Shown piece after piece: positions 1-10,449 of a stretch of DNA of 18,387 nt. The notes under the pieces are model-generated. The model was not told the origin of the DNA. It did no database searches and was given only the letters and a program-made list of their open reading frames with translations. Location of the stretch: contig BTVJ01000126.1 in NCBI GenBank assembly GCA_045863395.1, forward strand, positions 1-18,387. The letters are read 5' to 3'. The translations under genes were made by a program, and so were the position numbers. Source of the DNA: Myxococcales bacterium. GTDB lineage: Bacteria > Myxococcota_A > UBA9042 > JABWCM01 > BTVJ01. The first letter of the stretch is position 1. Each line of letters opens with the position of its first letter.

Positions 1-58
1 GGGCGGGGGCGGGGGGGGGGGGTGGGGGGGGGGGGGGGGGGGGGGCCCCCCCCCCCCC
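1..58. other. Poly-G followed by poly-C low-complexity tract, probably a sequencing/assembly artefact at a contig end
   Basis: About 45 nt of nearly pure G then about 13 C at the extreme start of the window; no coding context. Confidence 0.6.
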
Positions 59-73
59 ACGACACCGCGCGGC

Positions 74-465
74 GTGAAGAGCGCACTCAACCCACCTACC
101 GACACCATTCCGGCGGTGGTGCCCCAACTTGATGCTCCGCTCATTCGGGTGGTCGCTCAGGTGCGTTTCCCACGGTACTGTCGGTGGAGTAGCGCGATTT
201 CGTTGCGAGTTCTCTGGAGGCGCTTCGAAGCAGATACCCCGTTCACCGGGCGGTTCAAGGCCGATCCGTGGCGTTGCGGCCGGACTGCGTGCTGGACGCT
301 CGGACCGGCATCGGTTGGCGCTTCCAGGAGCAGAATCGCGGCTGGGGCATCACGCTGTCTCCCGACTTCCTCGTGCTCGAGACGACGCGGTACACGAGCC
401 GCGCGGACTTCATGGAGCGACTCGAAACACCTGCGGCGCATACTGGACGTGGCTCGTACAGCTGA
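74..465 (+). pseudogene. Disrupted, truncated TIGR04255-family-like gene
   Basis: The frame starting at 74 gives ...LDAPLIRVVAQVRFP. After a frameshift near 170-175 another frame continues VLSVE*RDFVASSLEALRSRYP...GWRFQEQNRGWGITLSPDFLVLETTRYTSRADFMERL, with an in-frame TAG at 190-192. The APLxxVxAQVRFP, WRF and LETTxYxSxxDF motifs are as I recall them for TIGR04255 proteins (not HMM-verified). Confidence 0.6.
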
Positions 466-1314
466 TCGGAGAGAGGCGCGCAGTACACGGGTGGCTCAGT
501 TACAGGCGGAGGATGGTACGACTCCGTTGGAGCTGCTGACGCCTCGGCGCTTGGACGAGGCGCGGGCAGTCCTCGGAGCAGGCACACCGACTCGGGCGTG
601 CGTCCCCACCGTCTCGGTCGGCACGCGGGTCGCCCAACCTCGAGAGTGGGCGTCTGCCGCCGCGTGCCTGAGCGATGCACTCGCACTGTGGGTGGAGCCG
701 CCCGAGAGCTTCCTGGAGGAGCGGCAGCGGAAGTAAGGGCCCGTGCAGCAATAACCTGTCCATTCGGCCGCCGCTGCATCCCCGCTGGCGGCCCGCCGAG
801 ACCTTGGAAGGACAAGGCCCTGCCTGCGGTCTCGTCGAACCCCCAGCGGGGCGCATCAGCGCCCTCGGTGGATCAGGTTATTACTGCACGGGCCCTAAGG
901 TTCTCGATCAATCGGAGGAGATGTGGGAGGGGCCCCTGCACGTGGTTCCACCGCCGACCATCCGCCGCAACCGTCGCCCGTCCCTGATCCATCGGTTCCT
1001 CGCCGACGTGGTCGCGGCTCGCCGAGCGGGTCACGAGGCAGGTCGGACGGGACTTCGGTGTCGCGACCCTGCGGCGGGTCAGCCCTTCTACCTCCTGAAT
1101 CCAGGGGGCTCGGCCACTCCCGCAGAACCCTGTGGGCCGGAGAAACAATCCGCGGCGCTGATTGAATCGGCGGACCTCGCAAGCGCGAGGTCCGTCTGGA
1201 GGCCGCTCACACGAAGCACATACCCGAGAGAGTGCGAATCAGGCGCCATGAATCGGGATTCTGGCACGCGAGACGAGGATGAAACACTGCAACGAATCCT
1301 ACCGTCGGCGACGA

Positions 1315-2913
1315 TCAGTGCTTGATCGCCGCAAACAACCCCAGCCCGAAGTGGGAGGCATAGCCGAGCGCGACGGGGCCGCTGACCGGCTCCTCGAAGC
1401 TCAGTTCGACGGACAGGCCCAAATCCTGAGGCGGCGGCTGTGTATCGCCCCTGCCCCGGACACGGACCATGTGGCGCAGATGGTTGTTCGTCTCGTCCCA
1501 TGCGAGCACCCGGACGCTCGCCGCTGGAAGCCCGCGCGACTCCAGCTCCGCGACGACCTGCCCCTCCACGCTGTTGCGGCCGCGCGGCTTGAGGTACCGA
1601 GGTGGAACGAATGGCGTGACGCTCCGCCACACCCGAGCGCCGCCCTCAGGACCAAGCACCCGCGTCACTCCCTCGTGAAAGGGCGGCGGCAGGGAACGAA
1701 AGTCCGCCAGGGATCCACTCCCCGCGAGCGCCACCTGGATATCCCCCTCCCTCCCCTTGCTCCACGTTCGGCGCACGTCTCGAACCGCCCTCTGCGCGAG
1801 AGCACCGAGCCCCATACGTGCAAACACGATGATGTGATCCAGGCGCCCGTCCGCGTCCAGGTCGAGAGGGAGCACGAACGCGTGGCGGTGGCCCCGCAGC
1901 GGGTGACCATCCCGATCCTTCCCGGTGAGCTCCGGGCAATCGACCCTCTCTCCTCCGCCTGCCTTGCATACCAGGGAGCGGTGGAACAGCTCGGCCTGCG
2001 GCAACGTGCGAGTGACGAGCGGGAGGGCAGACTGGCTACGGCTCGGGAGGCTCAAGGCCACGAGCATCGCTTCGACGGGCGTCGGGGCGGCCTGCGCCCG
2101 CAACGGCGATACGCTCACGTCGAGCGCGTCGGATCGGCGCCAGTAGAGCGCGCGGCGCGACCCCGGAGGCTGGCTCCAGCCATGCTCCTTCCAGTCGGCG
2201 GTGTCGAGCTGCAGGCATGCGATGAGGTCCTGCGGGAACGGCGCCATGGCCTTGGCTCGCGCATCGACCAGCTTCTTCGGAGGCTTCCGCGACCCCTCGG
2301 GCAGCGGGTGCGCCACCAGAGCCTCTTCCACGGCTGTTGCCCGCCAGGCCGACCACGCATCCGGGTCCTCGGGCACGAGCAGCGCAACCTGTTCCCAGCC
2401 CCGGCCCTTGAGTGCCGCGTCGGTGACCGGAACCGCATTCACAGTGAGGCCACGCACATCCGGCACGACACGCGCATCGACCCAGCTCTCGCTCCGGCCG
2501 AGGTACCCGAGGTTTGCGGCGAGCGTCTCGAAGAGGCGCGACGCCTCGGGGTCCAGTTCGGTGTCCCAGCGTACCGCGATCTCGCCATCACCCATGTTTG
2601 CCCAGGCATCGAACACCAGCGTGGTCTTCTCACGCCCGTTTTCAAAGACACCGAGAGGCATGTAGTGCCGTGAGTGCGCAAGGCTCGTCTCAGGGAGATG
2701 AAAGGTCGGCAGCACCCGCGATAGCGCCTCGACGAGGCGTCGACCTTCAGGTGGGACCGCGGGCCATCCAAGCGTCGAATACCCACAGGCGACGAGCGCG
2801 CGTGTAATCCGCCAGGGGCTTGGCGGCCACTCCACGATGCCCTCATTCACGTGGTGGCCGGCGGGCGTGGCGTGATACCGCCCGGCGGGAAACCGAAGCA
2901 GCAGAGTCGGCAT
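1315..2913 (-). CDS. csb2: Type I-G Csb2 (Cas5/Cas6-related RAMP protein, crRNA processing)
   Basis: N-terminal RYHATP.GHHVNEG.VEWPPSPWR, LGYLGRSESWV, WRSVTPFV and C-terminal glycine-rich loop GPVALGYASHFGLGLF. Start is ATG 2913 (GAGG 7 nt upstream) or ATG 2919 overlapping the csb1 stop. Confidence 0.93.
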   Translation of the reverse strand: MPTLLLRFPAGRYHATPAGHHVNEGIVEWPPSPWRITRALVACGYSTLGWPAVPPEGRRLVEALSRVLPTFHLPETSLAHSRHYMPLGVFENGREKTTLVFDAWANMGDGEIAVRWDTELDPEASRLFETLAANLGYLGRSESWVDARVVPDVRGLTVNAVPVTDAALKGRGWEQVALLVPEDPDAWSAWRATAVEEALVAHPLPEGSRKPPKKLVDARAKAMAPFPQDLIACLQLDTADWKEHGWSQPPGSRRALYWRRSDALDVSVSPLRAQAAPTPVEAMLVALSLPSRSQSALPLVTRTLPQAELFHRSLVCKAGGGERVDCPELTGKDRDGHPLRGHRHAFVLPLDLDADGRLDHIIVFARMGLGALAQRAVRDVRRTWSKGREGDIQVALAGSGSLADFRSLPPPFHEGVTRVLGPEGGARVWRSVTPFVPPRYLKPRGRNSVEGQVVAELESRGLPAASVRVLAWDETNNHLRHMVRVRGRGDTQPPPQDLGLSVELSFEEPVSGPVALGYASHFGLGLFAAIKH

Positions 2914-2915
2914 GA

Positions 2916-6170
<3,255 letters not shown>

Positions 6171-6174
<4 letters not shown>

Positions 6175-8840
6175 CGTCGTTGCCCCTCGATCTGAGGATC
6201 GCTCGTGGACAGGCGCGATGCGCGCCGGTCTGCGGCGATGATCAACGCCTCCATGTAGGCGAGCGCCCCGGGCCCATGGCGGGCGACCAGTCCGAGAGTG
6301 CGCTCCCGCCAGCTCCGTCCGGTGCGGCCCGACAAACCGAGAGACGCAGGCGAGAGGCTGAGCGTGAGAGGTGGCAGGGGGGCCTCGTCTGTGCCCATCA
6401 CGATCCCTGGCAGCTCGTCTCCTTCTCGCACGCCGCGAATCGGGAGCCCACGGCCGTCGTGATTGCGGTGGTCCTGGTCCTTGGGCGCAGCGTGCAAGGC
6501 CACGCGCACCTTGCCGTGGTGGCTCAGCACCAGGTAGGCGAGCAGATCGAACTGCTCGGCAGAGCAGGCGAGGATCTCCCGCTCGATCACGGACGGGGTG
6601 TCTGCGAGCGGCTTCCGCGCAGAGAGTCCGAGCGCCTCCAGCTCGTCGGCGCAGCCACCGAGCAGGGCTGAGTGTGTCGGCGCGTATCTTTCGAGGATCG
6701 CGAAGAGGGCCAGGGCGCTCGCGAGCTCGTGGCGAAAGCCCGGGCGCGCGTCACGTTTGGTCACCTCGTAGCGCCCTGACGGACGCACCCACTCGCCATT
6801 GGGGGCCTTGGCCAGGTCCGGACGGTCGGGTCGCTTCTCGCTCCGGATGATGCTCTGAAACGCCGGGTGGGACTTGCCGTAGTCATGCCACCGCGCCGCC
6901 AGCGCCAGGAGCTTCGCCAGCTCCTCTGGCAGACACGTCTCCCGCGCGATCACCGCTGCGACCTCGGCGGCTTCGGCGCCGTGCGTGGTGATCGTCTTCC
7001 ACTGCGACACGCTGAGAACCTCGGCGTCCTGGCTGTCATCTGCCAGATCCTGCGCTGGCGCTTCTGTCAGATTCTGCGTATCGGGGGCCGCCACCGGCGG
7101 TACCCGTGCAGCGGAGGTGGGTGCGAAGCCGACTCCGAGGTCGTAGCCGCCGGAGTCCGCGGCGACACATACGATTCTGCCAGGGAGCAGCGAGGCGCGG
7201 GTGGCCACCACCCACTCCCCGTCAATGAAATCCCACACCCAGGCGCTCATGGCGGAGCGGAGCCTGGGCGCCCGCTTCGTGGACGTCTCCTTGCCGCACA
7301 GCCAGTCGCGAGCGGCGAGGAATGGCACGGCGCACAGCTCGCGACGCAGGGGGCGCCGCGTCGGCGAAGGCGCCGTCTTGGGTGGCAGGTCTGCCCAGAA
7401 CACCTGCACGTCGCGCTCGTCCCCGCTGCGGATGAAGCGGCTCACGTCGAGGTCGGCGCCGGTCAGGTCGGGGGTCGTGTCGAACAGCTCTTCGAACTCG
7501 GAGCGCCGAAGCAAGTGAGACGCCGCATAGGGATAGAGCGCGTCACGGGCCGACGCGGAGAGAGATTCCTCGAAGGCGTCGAGCGCTGCCAGTCCAACGT
7601 CGGTGAGCGCCTGGAGGGCCTGCAGGGCGGCCTCGAGCTCTTCTGATGAGTAGGGGCGGCTCGCACGTTCGTCCGTGCCGCGATCCACCACCGTGACCTG
7701 GCCGCTTCCGCCGTACCGTGCGCAGCGCCCGAAGCGCTGGACCAGGCTCGGCCAGGGCGCAAGCTCAGTGATGAGGCGGGTGGCGGAGATGTCGACTCCC
7801 GCCTCCACGACCTGGGTCGCGATGATGATGCGGTCCGTGGTCTTGGAGCAGGCGGCGCGGCACAGGACGTCCTTTCGCCACCGCTCCCGCTCCGCGGGTC
7901 GGAAGCGGCTGTGCACGAGGTGCAGCTCGGTCGCGCCGGCGTCCTGGCGCAGCGCCACGTAGGTGGCAGTCGCCCGTTCGACCGTGTTGCAGATCACGAG
8001 AGTGATCCGGCCGTGATCTCCGCCGTCGTTCTCCGCGTGCTCGTGCAGGACCAGGCGGGCCAGCTCGGGTGCTTCGTCAGGCGCGATCATGGCGACGCGC
8101 AGGCTCTTGTGGGTCGTGTTCTCCGGAGTCTCGCGATCACTGGCAGACAGCATGGTCGGGGCTTGGACCCACTGGGGGTGCTGCGCTGCGCAATCTACTG
8201 TATGGAGCCAGACCGATTGAAGCGTCGCGCTCATCCACCAGCTCTTGCAGGGCCGGAGACCGCGCGCCGCATCCTCGTCGCGGTAGGCCTGAAGCTGGGC
8301 GCTCGTGGCCAGCCCGACGTCCATGAGCTGCACCTCGTCCAGCACCCACAGCGCGTCCTGGCTCAGAAGACCGAACTCCATCGGCCAGCGTGCGCGGGGA
8401 GCGGCAAACCCGCGGTTCATGGCTCGGGAGAGCAGCATGTCCTGCGTGCCGACCAGAACGGCGGCCTCCTCGGGGAACAAGTTCCACTCGCCGGCATCTG
8501 CGCCGCCCATGACGAGGTGGACGCCGACTCTGCCGCGGTGGTCGCCGGTGCCATCCCAGAGCACGCCGAGTTGGTCGAACAGAGCAGCAGCCTCATCTGC
8601 GGTCTGCTCGGCCAGAACGCGCATCGGGAGAGCCCAGACCAGCCGGCGGGGCCACTCGGAGCGTTGCTGCGCGATACGATTGTACGCCCAAGCACCCAGG
8701 ACGCCCAGCGTCTTGCCGTTCCCGGTGGGGATGCGAATCAGGCGGCTGCGGCAACCGGGCTCGCCAGCGAGCGCCCGCTGCCATGCATGCGGCGACTTCC
8801 CGCTCGTGGCGACCCGGAACCAGGAATCGAAGTCGGTCAT
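6171..8840 (-). CDS. cas3: Type I-G Cas3, N-terminal SF2 helicase with C-terminal HD nuclease, 889 aa
   Basis: Walker A PTGNGKT, DEVQ, SAT, HSRFR, ATQVVEAGVDIS, QRFGRCAR; C-terminal HDYGK...FRHELAS...SHHGK...AADRRAS. GGAGG RBS at 8851-8855 on the minus strand. Confidence 0.95.
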
Positions 8841-8873
8841 GTGGTCGTCGCCTCCGAGCGTCGCAAACGTCTA

Positions 8874-8964
8874 CCTTCGATGGGGCCGCAGGGGGGCCTG
8901 CGGAAAGTGCGTCCGGCACGGCACTCGATCGCGCTGCCGACGCTGCTTCAATTGGGGCGGAGAG
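8874..8964 (-). ncRNA. Solitary CRISPR-like mini-array (pseudo-repeat 1, 37-nt spacer, pseudo-repeat 2); candidate CreA/CreR-like regulatory crRNA
   Basis: Minus strand: CTCTCCGCCCCAATTGAAGC (8964-8945; both ends of the array repeat with the hairpin missing, terminal ATTGAAGC intact), spacer AGCGTCGGCAGCGCGATCGAGTGCCGTGCCGGACGCA (8944-8908), then CTTTCCGCAGGCCCCCCTGCGGCCCCATCGAAGG (8907-8874; 7/8 identity at the 5' end, 14/16 at the 3' end, 7-bp stem kept by compensatory changes). Confidence 0.85.
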
Positions 8965-8997
8965 CGACGACCCACGATGTCTCGGCGGCGCCACGGC

Positions 8998-9066
8998 CGC
9001 CGGTTTGGACCCCGGTGACCTGATCGTTGACACGGCGCCAGCGGGACGGGTCGCCGGTTTGGACCC
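8998..9066. repeat. Two exact 15-bp direct repeats CGCCGGTTTGGACCC, 54 bp apart, each within a predicted stem-loop
   Basis: Copies at 8998-9012 and 9052-9066; stems CGGGTC/GACCCG (9047-9067) and, on the minus strand, GGTCACCGG/CCGGCGGCC (8995-9020). Confidence 0.8.
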
Positions 9067-9084
9067 GCGCTCCCAGCTCCGGGT

Positions 9085-9113
9085 GTGATCTCACAACGGA
9101 AGAGGGATGTCAA
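9085..9113 (-). promoter_or_regulatory. Candidate sigma70-type promoter for the mini-array and cas3 operon
   Basis: Perfect TTGACA (9113-9108), 17-nt spacer, TG-n then a weak -10 GATCAC (9090-9085); overlapped by the palindrome TGTGA-TC-TCACA (9084-9095). Confidence 0.45.
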
Positions 9114-9140
9114 GCGCCTTCTTCTCACTTCCTCTGCCTT
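9114..9140 (-). other. CreT-like translation start: purine-rich SD-like stretch, GTG, then AGA AGA AGG CGC
   Basis: Minus strand reads AAGGCAGAGGAA-GTG-AGA-AGA-AGG-CGC with GTG at 9128-9126. AGA/AGG are expected to be rare codons in a high-GC genome. Confidence 0.35.
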
Positions 9141-9166
9141 CACTCTTTCGTACTGCCTACACTGAA
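9141..9166 (-). promoter_or_regulatory. Predicted Cascade binding site (TTC PAM plus partial protospacer) for the mini-array spacer
   Basis: Minus strand TTC-AGTGTAGGCAGTACGAAAGAGTG versus spacer AGCGTCGGCAGCGCGATCGAGTG: 17/23 identical, mismatches at 3, 6, 12, 13, 17 and 18. Confidence 0.75.
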
Positions 9167-9220
9167 CTTCATTTTTCGGTCCATCCGGCCGGTTGGTCAC
9201 CAGCACTGCAAGTCCCGAGA

Positions 9221-9444
9221 GGTCCCGTCCCACGTGGGGCCACCCGGAGCGCAAGACCCCAGGGGTCGTGTCCCTCGTGGGGCCACCCGGAGCGCAAGAC
9301 CCCAGGGGTCGTGTCCCTCGTGGGGCCACCCGGAGCGCAAGACCCCGGGGGTCGTGTCCCTCGTGAGGCCACCCGGAGCGCACGACCCCAGGGGTCCCGT
9401 CCCTCGTGCAGCCACCCGGAGCGCACGACCCCAGGGGTCCCGTC
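9221..9444. repeat. Tandem array of about 5.2 copies of a 43-bp unit
   Basis: Consensus GGTCGTGTCCCTCGTGGGGCCACCCGGAGCGCAAGACCCCAGG; GCCACCCGGAGCGCA recurs at 9239, 9282, 9325, 9368 and 9411. Unit junctions form the palindrome GACCCC-A-GGGGTC. Confidence 0.95.
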
Positions 9445-10264
9445 AGACGGTCTCGTCGCCGCCGCCCGGCCCCTCGGGGGCGACCTTCTTCGCCTTGCCC
9501 GCGCGGCGCGCCGCGCGGTCGTCGGACAGGTCGTCGAGGTATCCGAAGACCAGGCGCTCCAGGTTGCGGGGGAGCGCCTCGTTCACGGCGATCTCGTCTG
9601 CGAGGACCGCGCGGCAGGAGCGGAGAGTGGTCAGGGTCTTCGTGCGGATCACGAACGCGCGCTTCTGGTCCTCTGGCGAGACGGTCTCCGTCAGCGCGTT
9701 GGACCGCGCCGCCAGCAGGCTGCCCACGGCGTCCGCCGCGGTCCCGAGGCCGCTCACCCAGTCCGCCATGGTGCGGCCATCGCCCTCCCACGCCACAGGG
9801 AGCTCGGCCAGCTCCGCACCGTGAGAGGCGAGAGCCTTGCCGTAGGTCGGCGCCGCCGCGGCCTGGTCGGCGTAAGAGGCGGTCTTCAAGGTGGGGCTGA
9901 GCGCGAGGCGGGCAGTCAGGTTGTCGACGCGCGCACGCACCACCTCGGGGGTGCTCGGCGCCCTCTGAATCGCCCGCAGCAGAAGCCCGATGCAGTCAAT
10001 CCACGCGTCATGCGTCAGGTCGGCCGTCGCGAGCTCATCGGTGAACGGCCGCTTTTGAGACGTGAGCGCGTCGGGCAGCGACGCGATGTCGGCCCTGAAT
10101 GTGGCGATCCTGCCTTCGTAGACCGCGCCGGTATGGGTGGAGCGCAGCACGGCAAGCGTGCTCGCCGGGTCGATCTCCGTGGCCTTCTTCGCCGTCACCG
10201 CGTCTGCGGGCGCATACAGCGCGTTCAGCCAGAGACGGATGTCGCCTATGGATGCGTCGTTCAA
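9443..10264 (-). CDS. Uncharacterised, probably all-helical protein of 273 aa located between the two cas modules
   Basis: Long ORF with GC3-rich codons and natural composition. GGAGG at 10275-10271 lies 6 nt before TTG 10264, which I prefer to the ORF-track start at 10315. Family not confidently recognised; the D..HD...SYADQA...R pattern is loosely reminiscent of DUF6261-like proteins. Confidence 0.8.
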   Translation of the reverse strand: MNDASIGDIRLWLNALYAPADAVTAKKATEIDPASTLAVLRSTHTGAVYEGRIATFRADIASLPDALTSQKRPFTDELATADLTHDAWIDCIGLLLRAIQRAPSTPEVVRARVDNLTARLALSPTLKTASYADQAAAAPTYGKALASHGAELAELPVAWEGDGRTMADWVSGLGTAADAVGSLLAARSNALTETVSPEDQKRAFVIRTKTLTTLRSCRAVLADEIAVNEALPRNLERLVFGYLDDLSDDRAARRAGKAKKVAPEGPGGGDETV

Positions 10265-10449
10265 GGAGCACCTCCCGGGGTATTGAGTCGGAGGCGATGG
10301 TAGACGAGCAGGCAACTTGCGTCCACTGAAATGAGCGCGCGGGGACCACAGGCATCATCACAGTGGATTCCGGAGACCGACCTGGCGTACCCTTCACCTG
10401 CCTGCTCCCGTCGCCACGGGGCCCCGCCCCCAAGCTTCGAGGTGCAGCC

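Noticed and set aside
1..58. G-quadruplex or G/C hairpin
   Set aside because: Homopolymer runs at the sequence edge are more simply explained as artefact.
675..1325. 216-aa plus-strand ORF converging on csb2
   Set aside because: No recognisable motif, atypical composition and a poorly spaced RBS; may contain gene debris but cannot be supported.
8325..8340. Cas3 DEVQ instead of DEAH, and HD domain at the C-terminus
   Set aside because: To my knowledge both are normal for type I-G Cas3 and are not evidence of inactivation or novelty.
9084..9095. TGTGA/TCACA as a CRP site
   Set aside because: Half-sites are 2 bp apart rather than the 6 bp CRP requires; kept only as an unassigned palindrome.
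9140..9184. Minus-strand mini-ORF MDRKMKFSVGSTKE overlapping the target site
   Set aside because: No SD upstream and too short to support from sequence alone.
9221..9444. 43-bp repeats as a second CRISPR or TIGR-like guide array; GGCCCCA is shared with the CRISPR repeat
   Set aside because: Units are contiguous and nearly identical with no variable spacer segments; the 7-nt match is expected by chance at this GC content.
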